Shown: piece by piece, positions 1 to 12,139 of the stretch
Numbering within the stretch: the stretch's first letter is position 1
Layout of the letters: every line of letters starts with the position of its first letter
Assembly: GCF_018977255.1 (NCBI RefSeq)
Contig: NW_024704742.1
Location: 113,090,001-113,154,000 of the forward strand
Direction: 5' to 3'
Length of the DNA stretch: 64,000 nt
From: Callorhinchus milii
Taxonomy: Eukaryota
Position numbers and translations under genes: made by a program
Notes under the pieces: generated by a model
Databases searched by the model: none
What the model was told of the DNA's origin: nothing
The model's input: the letters and a program-made list of their open reading frames with translations, nothing else

Positions 1-120
1 TAGATAAAGATTAAATGTCTGTCTGTGTGTCAGTCTGTGTTTCAATTTACATTCCATTTGGATCCTTTGGTTGCAAGCATAGTTGAATCAGGTAGAGCTA
101 GTATCTGATAAAAACGTTTT

Positions 121-425
121 AACAACAACAAGATTTCATTTATAGAGCGCCTTTCACGTCGGGAGGACGTCCCAAGGCGCTGGACAGTTGGGTCGGGATC
201 CGAGCAGGGGGGAAATGGTCAGGGTGAGGGGAGGGAAGGGAGGGAGCGAGGAGGGGTTAGAGAGTTGAGAGGGGAGCTGAAGGCACAGTCGAAGAGAAAG
301 GTCTTGAGACCGGCCTTGAAGGAGGAAAGGGAGGAGGCGGCGAAGGCACTGGGGGATGGAGTTCCAAAGCCTAGGGGCTGAGAGGCTGAAGGCCCGGCCA
401 CCGATGGTAGGGCGGTTGGGGCGGT
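121..425 (-). mobile_element. L2-clade LINE 3' end (young subfamily), 5'-truncated
   Basis: Minus strand encodes RPTIGGRAFSLSAPRLWNSIP and SFKAGLKTFLF (L2 ORF2 C-terminus), followed by the 3' UTR ending CAGCGCCTTGGGACGTCCTCCCGACGTGAAAGGCGCTCTATAAATG and (TTG)n. Confidence 0.9.
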
Positions 426-1655
426 TGGGAAGGGTAGATATAAGGAGGCTGGAGAGGAAAGAATTGGAAATGTCTAACCTCAAGGGGTGTGAGTTGCTAC
501 AAAGGAGTGGGTAATGTAGAAAATTAAGAAGGTAAAGTTGGAGATGGAAGAATGTATTTTTCGTTGAGAAGTAAATTCAGGGTTTGAAACAGAACTGAGT
601 GTTATTATCCATCTCTGTGGAAAACCTGGACACAATTCAGGCCATTCTGTCTGTGTAAATAAAACTAAATAGAACTGATCTTTAAATACCACCTTATATC
701 TGAAGACAGATGCCTAATCATTTGTTAGTAAAGCTCCAGTACAGAATTCCTACATACAGGGTTTTCTTTGAAATTTGATAAATTGATTCAACCAGCAACA
801 ACCCTCTGGCCTCTAATTCAAATTTCTCTGTTTGCAATGTGTATAATTTTTCTCCATTAATGCAAACCACAATCAATATTTGAGCAACTTCTTTCTCTCA
901 TATTAGAATGTTGTTGTTGAGTTATTCACATTGCTGGGGATTTTTTCCACAGAAAATACAAAGGCAGAACAATTTGTAACCTAATTTAAAATCATTGCAA
1001 GCATATCGGCAAAAATTGAAGTGACTGCATTTAAATAATGAAGACAAATTGGATACAGGACTGAGAAAAAAAGAGGGAGATATCAGAATCCACTAAAGTC
1101 CTTTTTGGTAGTCTGATAAGAAAGCAATGTAAAAATGATAAGAAAAAGAGAAAATCATATAAAGTCTATCTGGAGCTGCAGCACACCAACTACCATCAAA
1201 AAGCCATGAGAAAAGTACAAATGTCTCAATAATGTGACTTACTATTGTCCTATTCACTGTTCTTTTCCTACTTGGTGTTTAATTAACATCTGCCTCCGTT
1301 ATTGAAAAAGAATATGCATTTTAATAATGCTGACAGCCTGCTCAGAAGGTTAGGAGATGACTTTCATTGTTATAACTAAATTAAGCAGCATTCCACTCTC
1401 AAGTGAATCATGCTTTGAAATTTCTGGGAGCGAGAATACCAGGGTACAAATTATATACACGGAAGTTAATTACGGGTTCACTGCAGTCATGACTTCAATA
1501 GAATGATGTGCCACTCTCCCTGAATCTCACTGAGATAAAACAAATGGAAAGAAATCAGAGATTAGATAAGAATATACACTGCAACACATTCACCAAAAGA
1601 TATTCAATTGATGAAACAGATGAACTAACCAGAGAAGAAGGATCACTGAATATCG

Positions 1656-2371
1656 AAATGGAATCAAATTAATGTTTTTGGAACATATAATGCAAAAGGG
1701 GTGAGTCATGTACCAAGGATTCACTGGATAAATTGATCAATAGCAATCTGGTTATCCCCTTCGGAATAAGCAATAAAACATTTTCTAAATTATTGTGAAT
1801 TCAGAGAATATTCATATATTTTGAGTTTAATTTTGATAATGCAACTTAATCAATTTAAGAACAAGAGACACAGTGTTCCATTGTGTTTGTTAAATGTAGT
1901 GTAAACCCCAATTAAAGTGCACAATAAATTTACTGCAATACGCAAATGGTTTTGAATAGCCACTGAAGTTTTCAGTAAAGTGAAAATAAATTTTTTAAAA
2001 ATTCAGGCACTGTTCAAACAGCAATTCTGAGTATTTGTTAACAAAGACAAGACATCGATAACATTTATGTGTTATTTAAGTTGTGGCAGTGCTGGAAAAA
2101 GGCACTGATAGTGGGATGCTACACTGCTTACCATTGCACCCCACACTGTACTTACTGAAACTTGTGAGAAAATACATTTGAAAAAAGGATTTGTTAACAG
2201 TGAATTCTGCATGTAATTTGATATGTCTCAGGCAGAGCATGTAGAACCCTGCTTGGTCATGAACTATAGTTTCAAATTACATGACGTTGGATTCCAGCCC
2301 AAGAAGGTTTATAGCACCCTGTAGGAGATTGGTGTTTACTAAGAGTTCCAGAGGATCAACACATCCAGGTA
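1656..2371. repeat. Left arm of a long inverted duplication (partner 6162-7073)
   Basis: Direct reverse-complement match, e.g. AAGAGTTCCAGAGGATCAACACATCCAGGTA (2341-2371) vs TACCTGGATGTGTTGATCCTCTGGAACTCTT (6162-6192). Confidence 0.95.
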
Positions 2372-2835
2372 GCTGCAAGATCGGCTCTTTATAAATCTTA
2401 TTGCAAGCTTTCCAAATTATATCATGATATAAAACAAAAAAAAAATCCTTATACAAAAAGTACAAAACAAAAAGACAATTTAACTAATCTGCATGTTCTT
2501 CAGGTTGACATTAAAGATCTCCCAACACCATTCGAACAGGGAACAGGACTTCTCTTGGTGTGTTGAATCAAATTAATTGTTCATTCATATCATGGTTATT
2601 TGTCTGAACTTGCTAGCGTTTGTCTACAAAAAGCAGTCAAGTCGAGTCTGAATTGCTTGGAGATGTTTCAACAATGATAAAGCACCATCAAAGTTATTAC
2701 TTTCTTGGCAATAATTACAACTCTATTCTAAGTCCAGTTGATGAACTGGGTTAGCTCATTAATATCAATACTTTGGATTATTGTGGAATTCCCTGGATAC
2801 CTGATTTAACCTCGCGGAGTTCGCACTGCCACTAT

Positions 2836-3700
2836 CAACAACAACAACAAAATTAAATTGTAAAATACCTTTCACGTCGGGAGGACATCCCAAGGCTCTG
2901 GACAATCAGTGTTTTGGACCCGAGCTGGGGATCGGGATTGGGGAGAGTGAAGGGCAAGCAGGGTGACTTAAATCACGATCGAAGAGGAGGGTCTCGAGAT
3001 GGGTCTTGAACAAGGGAGGGAGCGAGGCAGAGGGACTGGGGATGGAATTCCAGAGGGTGGGGGAGAGTGGCAGAAGGTCCGCCTGCCAATGGTGGGGCGG
3101 GTGAGGCCGGAAACATGAAGCAGGCCAGAGCCTGCTGAGCGGAGGAAGCGGGCAGGTTATTAGGATGTTAGGAGGTTACAGAGGTCGGGGGGGGGCGGTC
3201 ATGGAGAGCTTTGAAGGTGAGGACCAGGATCTTGAACTGTATCTTCTGCGTGATGGTAAGCCAATGGAGCCGGGCGAGGATGAGGGTGATAGGCTCACAG
3301 AGTCTGGTGGGGGAGAAGACATGGGCTGCAGAGTTCTGGATGATCTGTAGCTTGTGGAGGGAGGAGTTGGGGAGGCCGACAAGCAAGTAGGTTGCATAGT
3401 TAAGCCTCGATGTAATGAAGGCATGTATGAGGGTTTCGGCGGCCTGCAGTGTGAGATGTGGCGGAGCTGGGCAATATTGAGGAGGTGGAGGAAGGCAGAG
3501 CAGGTCATGGTATGGATGTGGGGTAGAAAGGATAGTTGAGGGTTAAACAAGACACCAAGGTTCTGGACTGGCTTAGCAAGGTGGAGTGCGAACCATGGAT
3601 GGTGATGCTGTCAGCGCCTGAGTTGTGGAGGCGCTAACAGGAGCCAGTCACGAGGGCCCCAGTCTTGTTGACATTCAACTGAAGAAGGTTAGCCAGCCCG
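2836..3700 (-). mobile_element. L2-clade LINE 3' fragment
   Basis: Minus-strand ORFs with LHKLQIIQNSAAHV...LHWL.I.QKIQFKILVLTFKALH; (CAA)n tail at 2836. Confidence 0.9.
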
Positions 3701-4999
3701 CATGTATATTTTCAAGACATGATCTTTATTATATTGACTTGCAATATAATGTAAGGTGTGTAATGTAAGGTGAGTAGCTAATTTGAATCCACAAGGATTG
3801 AAATCTAGAACCATCTGGTCTCAAGTATAATAATGAACTAACTATACTATAGAATAGCTTGAAGATGTCATTCGGATGAAGAAAAGTAATTCAATCTTTT
3901 CTACTCAATTCTAGAATAGAAAATCAAAAGGATGGATAAAAAATAGAAAAGGTAGGACACATATCAAGCCAAACGGAGAAAACAGCAAAATGGAAAAGCA
4001 CAAAACATTGAGTAAAAATATATATGTCGTAACATGTCATTATATTTTTTAAAAAGTTTGCAGCTATTAAAGTCACTGGATTAATTTAAGTAATCTTCAC
4101 TATTGTTGTCCACATGGAAGTCTTCAAATGGCTTAATGTTTATATTAAACAAACAATTGCTTTGAACAAGAGATACTAGCCACAAGCATCAGTATGAGCA
4201 TATCTAAATGTATTGAGTGAGTTTATTATTAGTTTCAAGGGAAACTCCTGTTGGGCATTGAAACTGGAAAAGCTTTGTGATATTGGTATTAAAATGCACC
4301 CTAGCTAATCTGAGAATCATGAATCTGGCCTGGTTTTCAAAATAAATAACGAAGAAATGAAAGCATAGTGGTTGTGAATGTTAATCTACTGTGGCAATAG
4401 CTCCTTTGTGGAATATTCTAAAGATCTTAATTGACCATTCTGCATAATAACAGTTGTTGAATAATTTTACTGCTTTATTTTGCAAGGTGGATTTGATAAA
4501 TTACCTTTGAATTCAGTATTGGGATTTGCAGTCTCATTGTGAAACCCACAGTAAATATTTAAGCAATATTATAATAACATTAATACTTCCATGTTGAGTT
4601 ACTTATTCTCAACCAAGTTAGTGACAAGCACACTACAAATGTACTCAACACCATTAGGATAACAAGCCAAGCTACTTAAAAGAGTTAGCCTGTGATCACG
4701 GTTAGGAAATGGGAGGATGTCAGGGGGGATCAATTCCACCTGGGTTTACACACCAACTTGAAAAATAAGACAAAGTTTTAGAATAAACCAAATTTTATTG
4801 CACCAAAATGGTAAGACAATGTCTAAGTCTAGATCCAGACAAAATTTCTCATGTTGTAAGGGTAAATAATTAAGCTTAGCCATGGTGCCCACCACTGTCA
4901 TTTAGACTTTAAGTATTCACTGTATAAGCTCTACACATAAAGAAGCAATTGTACAAAGCCAGAATCCACTGAACCATAGACCATGAATAATGTGTCTTT

Positions 5000-6155
5000 A
5001 TATCTCTCCCTTTATTAACCTCTCCTTGTCCATTGCTATTGTTCCCACCCCATTAAAAATGACTGTCATCAAGCCTATCCTTAAAAAACCCTCCCTGGAT
5101 CCATCTCTACTCTCGAACTACTGCCCCATCTCCAACCTCCCTTTCCTCTCCAAGGTCCTGGAATGAGTTGTTGTTTCCCAGCTTCACTCCTTCCTCTCCT
5201 GTCACTCCCTTCACTCTATCCTCATCCACCGCCTCTCCTCTCACCTCAACTTTCATGACTCTGTCCTTTGTTGCTTTTCGGCCTTCCCAAACCCTCACTC
5301 CATAGGCTGCAGATCACTCAGAACTCTGCAGCCTGCGTTCTCTCTTGCACCAGACTCCGTGACTCTATCAGCCCCATCCTCATCCATCTCCACTGGCTTC
5401 CCATTACAAGGAGGATACAGTTCAAGATCCTGGTCCTCACCTTCAAAGCCCTCAAGTGTCTTGCTACCCTCTATAATAATAATAATAATAATCCTTGCAT
5501 TTGATATAGCGCTTTTCACGTCGGGAGGACGTCCCAAAGAGCTTCACAGAACACACTGTAAAGTGAATTGACTGTATATTTGTGGGCGAACGCGGCAGCC
5601 AATTGCGCACAGCAATGTCCCACAAACAGTCGTAGATTGAAAATGACCAATTTATTATTGTTTTGGGTTTTGGAGGGATTATTATTAGGCGTGTGGAGTA
5701 AGGAAACTTGCCCAAAGTTTCGCCCTGCCTGGAATTGAACTCAGGTCTTTCGCTTGCAAAGCGAGTGCTCTAACCACTGAGCTACAGGACTCCACTCCAC
5801 GTCTGTGACCTCCTAACCCCCTACCTTCCTGTCCGCTCCCTCCAATCAGCATGCTCCGACCTGATTCAGGTCCCATGCCTTGCCCGTCCCACCTTTGGCT
5901 AGCGGGCCTTCTGCCACTCTGCACCCACCCTCTGGAACTCCATCCCACAGTCCCTCTGCCTCACCCCCTCCCTTGCCTCCTTCAAGATCCATCTCAAGAC
6001 CCTCCTCTTCGGCTGTGCTTTCGGTCACCCTGCTTTCCCCCCTGCCACCCACCCCAAGCCTGACCCCCAGCTCAGGTCGGAAACACTGACTGTCCAGCGC
6101 CTTGGGACATCCTCTTGACGTGAATGGCGCTAAACAAATGTAATTTTATTGTTGC
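5000..6155 (+). mobile_element. L2-clade LINE fragment, internally deleted and interrupted by a SINE at 5473-5794
   Basis: 5040-5200 encodes PILKKPSLDPSLLSNYCPISNLPFLSKVLE-like pre-RT sequence; 5268-5470 encodes LQITQNSAACVL...LHWLPI; L2 3' UTR and TTG tail at 6090-6155. Confidence 0.88.
5473..5794 (-). mobile_element. tRNA-derived SINE, full length (short subfamily)
   Basis: Minus-strand head TGGAGTCCTGTAGCTCAGTGGTTAGAGC (A box) and GAGTTCAATTCC (B box), Deu-like core, L2-like tail and (TTA)n. Confidence 0.92.
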
Positions 6156-6161
6156 TGAAAG

Positions 6162-7073
6162 TACCTGGATGTGTTGATCCTCTGGAACTCTTAGTAAACA
6201 CCAATCTCCTACAGGGTGCTATAAGCCTTCTTGGGCTGCAATCCAAGTTCATGTAATTTAAAACTAAGATTGTTGATCAAGCAGGGTTATACATGCTCTA
6301 CCTGAGACATATCAAGTTACATGCAAAATTCACTGTAAACAAATCCTTTTTTCAAATATATTTTCTCACAAGTTCGGGAAAGCCAGAGAATGGTCCAGGA
6401 GAAGCCATGTGAAAATCAATCTGCACTCAATCTATGATAATTTCTGTTCTGTTCTAGTTAAGAAATGGACATGGGCACATTGTGTGAAATTACCATTCTG
6501 CATGTGCAATGATCTCAGACCTGCAGGAGAGCACAGGTCTGAAACCTATCTAGAAACCGTATTTCAGTAAGTACAATATGGGGTGCAATGGTAAGCAGTG
6601 TAGCATCCCACTGTCAGTGCCTTTTTCCAGCACTGCCACAACTTAAATAACGCATAAATGTTATCGATGTCTTGTCTTTGTTAACAAATACTCAGAATTG
6701 CTGTTTGAACAGTGCCTGAGTTTTTTTTAAATTTATTTTCACTTTACTGAAAACTTCAGTGGCTATTCAAAACCATTTGCGTATTGCAGTAAATTTATTG
6801 TGCACTTTAATTGGGATTCACACTACACTTGACAAACACAATGGAACACTGTGTCTCATGTTCTTAAAATGATGGGTGTATTTAAGTTGCATTATCAGAA
6901 TTAAACTCAAAATATATGAATATTCTCTAAACTCACAACAATTTAGAAAATGTTTTATTGCTTTTCCCAAAACGATAACCAGTTTGCTATTGATCAATTT
7001 ATCCAATGAATCCTTGGTATGTAACTCACCCCTCTTGCATTATAAATTCCAAAACAATAATTTGATTCCATTT
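6162..7073. repeat. Right arm of the inverted duplication, with an extra ~190 bp at 6375-6563
   Basis: Reverse complement of 1656-2371 apart from the extra segment; followed by (TTG)n at ~7072-7095. Confidence 0.95.
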
Positions 7074-7692
7074 TGTTGTTGTTGTTGTTGTTGTTTATTT
7101 GAAGAAGAAGAATATGAAAGGATATTGGGAAAGAGCAGGGAATTAGTGGTTAGATTAGTTAGCTCCAATGGGGATGAAACAGAGCTGGGATGGCTTCCTA
7201 AATGGCTTCTTCCTATTCTCTATTTTTTATGATTCAAGAAAGGAGGTGATGATTTTGAAGAGGAAAGCTTCCCACAAAATTCATGGGAGATTTTCTAATT
7301 GTCAGTACATTTAGATCTTCACTGACTGCATTCTTTGATGTTACATACATTTATATATTGGTGCTGAATACTATGGGTGTAGAATGTGATACGTGAAGTG
7401 ACAATTATAACTGATGTCAATTATTACATCACATCACCAAACATTGAAGATTTAATCAATCTTCAAATATTAATAATAATAATTCTTGCATTTGATATAA
7501 CGCCTTATCACTGTAAAGTGAATTGACTACATATATTATGGGCGAACTATTGACTGGTTTGGTTGAAAACCAACAAGATCACAAGAAATGTTTGGATAAA
7601 GAAAACCCTATGGTGTCTATCACAGTCACTCCACTTAATAGTATATGCTGTGAAATGCTTTGAGTATCCGCCTGATGTGAAAAACGCTACGC

Positions 7693-8263
7693 AAACTCCC
7701 TGCTTGTCGGCCTCCCCAACTCCTCTCTCCATTGGCTGCAGATCATCTAGAACTCCTCAGCCCATATCGTTGCCTGCACCAGGCTCCGCGACCCTATCAC
7801 CCCCATCCTTTCCCAACTCCCCTGGCTTCATCACACAGAGGATACATTTCAAGATCCTGGTCCTCACCTTCAAAGCCCTCCGTGGCCTTGCTACCCCCTA
7901 CCTCTGCGACCTCCTAACCCCGTACCAACCTGCCCACTCCCTCTTCTCAGCAGGCTCCGGCCTGCTTCAAGACTCCTGCCTCGCCCGCCCCACCATTGGC
8001 GGGTAGGCCTTCTGCCACTCTACCCCCACCCTCCAGAACACTATCCCACAGTCCCTCCACCTTGCCCCATTCCTTGCCTCCTTTAGGACCCATCTCAAGA
8101 CCCTACTCTTCAACTGTGCCTTCGGTCACCTTCTTCCCCTACCCGCCATTCATCCTTCCCAATCCCGACCCCCAGCTCGAGTCCAAAACACTGATTGTCC
8201 AGCGCCTTGGGACATCCTCCGGACATGAAAGGCATTGTACAAATGTAATTTTGTTCTTGTTGT
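7693..8263 (+). mobile_element. L2-clade LINE 3' fragment
   Basis: RIHFKILVLTFKALRGLATPYLCDLLTPYQP...RPTIGG; L2 3' UTR with TTG tail. Confidence 0.88.
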
Positions 8264-8835
8264 AAAGATTATTATTTAGTATTAATAATATTTGATCTCA
8301 TCCTTCCAGAATACCTATCCTTGGAGTATTAAGCTGTTTCTTAAATGAGTCCAGTTTCTTTGCCTTAACCAATTTCAGTTGTTAATTATTCTCTGTGTAA
8401 ATAAAGGTGTTCCATTGCCCTTCCTGACATTGCCCTTTACAACCTTGAATCTGTGTTGTTTTGGCATATGTGAAGTATTCTGGCTTTACTTTTTCATTGC
8501 TTCATGAGGAAATTAGCCTACTTAATTTTTTGCCCGTTTTCCTTTGCCTGGGTTGTAAATTTGCTGATGTGCAGTGAATTGCCCTCATGCAGTTAAGACT
8601 TTTACCACAACAACAATTTTACATTTATGCAGTGAGTCAGGAGGACATCTCATAGTGTTTTACAGAGCCAGCAAGGAGCCTACGTTGGTGGTGGGGGGAG
8701 CTGAGGAAAGAGGGGGAGAAAGATGGCCAAAAGCACAGTTGAAAAAAATGTTTTAAGGTAGACTTGAAAGATTGGGAGGGCGGGACAAGGTAACGGGATT
8801 CAGGATAGAGTTCCATCGATAAAGCGATAATGTGA

Positions 8836-9210
8836 AGTTCGCCTTGCAAGCGAGACACCTGGGTTCGATTCCCGGCAAGGTGAAACTTTCCTTACTTCAC
8901 ACGCCTGATAATAATCCCTCAAGAAAAAAACAATAATAATTTGGTCACTTCAATCCACGACTGTTTGTGGGACACTGCTGTGCGCACTTGGCTGCCGTGT
9001 TTCGTCCACAAAATATACAGTCAATTCACTTTACAGTGTGTTCTGTGAAGCGCTTTGGGACGTCCTCCCGACGTGAAAAGCGCTATATCAAATGCAAGGA
9101 TTATTATTATTATGATTATTATTATTATTCTGTGAAGCACTTTAAGACATCTCAAAGACGTGATAAGTGCTATATCAAATGCGAGGATTGTTATTATTAT
9201 GTTATTATTG
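8836..9210 (+). mobile_element. tRNA-derived SINE, 5'-truncated, with duplicated 3' tail
   Basis: TCGCCTTGCAAGCGAGACACCTGGGTTCGATTCCC head remnant and Deu-like core; tail unit present twice (~9040-9125 and ~9128-9205). Confidence 0.88.
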
Positions 9211-9814
9211 TCCTTGCTGGTGTTTTCAGGCTAGGTCACTGGAGCAGTTTGCTCCATTAAGTCCATTCTGAAGCTGCCATTTTAACACAGGAAACTTCAC
9301 ATTTGCAGCAGATGTCACATGAAGCTGTCTCATCTATTTTGTCCTTCAGATCTTTTTTTATTTTCCCGTAGAATCATGCTTTCAGATAAATGATTATAGG
9401 TTGGCAAGCACTTTCCGCCTTTTTCGACAGTAGACATGGTCTCGTGGGAAGAGTTGAAGTTCATTTCAATGAACTGAACTGGATTACCAAAGAATAAATT
9501 AGTGCAGTTAGGAAATGTTAAAATCGCACTGAATACCACTATTTGTAATGATAAGTAATGTTGGCACTAATTTAAGAAACATTGAAGGTTTGACAAAGTT
9601 TCAGCACAAAAACAGACCAATTAGCTCATCAAGTCTGTGCTGATGTTTCTCTCCACATGAAACACCTACTCTAATCCCATTGCCCTCCTTACTTCCTTAT
9701 ATCTTTTAATATTCTTATTTTTGAAGAATCACTCTATTTTCAAACCTCTAATTTTAGGCTAATTCACATATTTAACAGTTTCACATTGAATATCCTTTGA
9801 TATCTTTGATATTG

Positions 9815-10156
9815 GTAGCTCAATGGTTAAAACACTCGCCTTGCAAGCGAGAGACCTCGGTTTGATTCCCGGCAGGGCGAAATGTTGGGCACGTTTCCTT
9901 ACTCTACATGCCTCTGTTTACCCAGCAATAAGTAGGTACCCAGTTGTTAGTCGATTGGCAGATCACTTTTCTTGGGGGAATAATTCCTTCAAAAAAATAA
10001 TAATAATAAATTGGTCACTTCAATCCACGATTGTTGCTGCGTTTCGCCCACAAAATATACAGTCAATTCGCTTTACAGTATATTCTGTGAAGTGCTTTGA
10101 AACATCTCGAAGACATGATAAGGAGCTATATCAAATTCAAGGATTATTATTATTAT
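9815..10156 (+). mobile_element. tRNA-derived SINE (long subfamily)
   Basis: GTAGCTCAATGGTTAA head; extra internal block GCCTCTGTTTACCCAGCAATAAGTAGGTACCCAG...; (TTA)n tail. Confidence 0.88.
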
Positions 10157-10890
10157 ATCACCAAAACTGTCACGTTCCCAGCAAAATATTATATAGCATG
10201 TCTTCAATCTATGTCTCCACTGATGTGGCCCCATTTTCTAAAATGCCATTGAAGAGAGTGGACTAGTGCTGTGCGAGTGAAGTTTGTGCTGTGTTTCTAA
10301 GTACGGGGTGTGTATGAAATGAAAGATTGTCAGGTTGTATTTTCTTTTAAACTGTAATCATTGTATTGTACTTGCAATATTGTAGAGAGAAAATACAGTC
10401 CTATCAACACAAAAGAGATAACTGCATTTTGACATAAAAAACTTGGAAGTATTTTCTTGGAATAGTGGTTAGAATCAGTGATTAGAATGGTAATTCAGAT
10501 AATGTAGAAAGTCAGCATAGAGGTGGATTCAAAATAGATTGAATATAAAAAAAAGCCTCAGAAAATAAAAAAAAATTTGTAGCCAACTCATTGTCGTAGT
10601 GGAGATAATGATATAATGCTGTCAAAGGTTACTGTTTGTATTTTTGATTTGTTCCTAAACAAATGTTGTTCCTTATTTAATGGCACTTCTTTTACCACCA
10701 ATTACTCCCTCTACCCTTCACCCTTCTCAATTCCAAACCCCAGCTCGGATCCAAACCCTTAACTGTCCAGCACCTTGGGACGTCCTTCTGACGTGAAAGG
10801 TGGTATATAAATGTAATTTTGTTGTTGTCCTTAATTAAGAAACACTTTATTGATTAGACATAAAAGTGGTTAAAATCTGTCCTGAAAATG

Positions 10891-11290
10891 GTCATCCTGG
10901 CTCAGTTGATAGCAATTTTGTCTGTGTTTGAAGTTGTGGGTTCAAGCATGCATTTGAACTTTGCACTTACATAGTCTAGCCTGACACTTGTGGGAGTGCT
11001 GCATTCTTGGAGGTGTCGTCCTTCAGAAGAGTTGATAAACCAAGGTCCTGTCTGCCTGTAAAAGATCCCATGCTACTATTTAAAAAGATAAGAGAATTTC
11101 TCCCAATATCCTGGCCAGCAATCCCCCAGATAAAACTAATCATTTACTTCATGACTGTTAGTGGATTATTGCTCTGTGTAAATTGTATTTCACATTGGGA
11201 GGTTGTCTCAAAGCTCTTCAAAGGATGCATTGTAAAGTGTAGTGACTGTGTCTTTTGTAAGTGTATGCAGCAGATAATTTGTAAACAACA
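10891..11290 (+). mobile_element. Older diverged tRNA-derived Deu-type SINE. Similar decayed copies at about 12400-12660(-), 16720-16990(-), 19695-19990, 23420-23940(-), 27350-27540, 45480-45880, 50650-51010, 52060-52330(-), 53850-54250, 59350-59780 and 60000-60390(-)
   Basis: Recurrent motifs CCTGGCTCAGTTG, GTGGGTTCAAG, ATAGTCTAGGCTGAC, GAGATGTTAAAC, AAAGATCCCATG and GCTGTTTGTG..ATTGCTGTG. Confidence 0.7.
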
Positions 11291-11636
11291 ATGTCCCTGG
11301 AGGTGAACGGCCAATTTTATCTCGGAGATTGTTGACCAAGACACTGGGAGAAACTCCCTTCTCTTTACAAATAGTGTCATGGGATCTTTAATGTCCATGT
11401 GAAGAGGCTGATGGGCAGTGGGTTAACCTCTCATCCAAAGCCATTAGAGTGTTATCCTTGTAAACTTACTGTTAAGGATAGGCTTTAAGGTCCAGAATAT
11501 ATTTAGCAAGCGCTCTGGAATGCTACCCTGTGTGAGGGTCGCTATATAAATGCAAATTGTTGTTGTTGTAGGAATACTGCAGTCACCCTGCATGTTCAGG
11601 TGTTTTATTTCTGTAAAACTATGTGGTTGCCTACTT

Positions 11637-12139
11637 ACAACAACAACAACAACAAGATTCCATTTATAAAGCGCCTTTCACGTCAGGAGGACGTCCCAAG
11701 GCGCTGCACAGTTGGGTCATGACCCGAGCAGGGGGGAAATGGTCAGGGTGAGGGGAGGGAAGGGAGGGAGCGAGGAGGGGGAAATGGTCAGGGTGAGGGG
11801 AGGGAAGGGAGGGAGCGAGGAGGGGGAAGAGAGTCGAGAGGGGAGCTGAAGGCTCGGTCAAAGAGAAAGGTTTTGAGACCGGCCTTGAAGGAGGAAAGGG
11901 AGGAGGCGGCGAAGGCACTGGGGGATAGAGTTCCAGAGCCTAGGGGCTGAGAGGCTGAAAGCCCGACCACCGATGGTAGGGCGATTGGGGCGGGGGACGT
12001 GGAGCAGACCGGAGCCAGAGGAACGGAGGGTACGGGCAGGTAGGTAGGGGGATAGTAGGTTGGAGAGGTAAGAGGGAGCAAGGCCGTGAATGGTCTTGTA
12101 GGTGAGGATGAGGATCTTGAAATCAATCCTCTGGGGGAT
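11637..12139 (-). mobile_element. L2-clade LINE 3' fragment (young subfamily) with a 45-bp tandem duplication in the 3' UTR
   Basis: Closely matches 121-425 and 41809-42673; unit 11732-11776 is repeated at 11777-11821. Confidence 0.92.
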
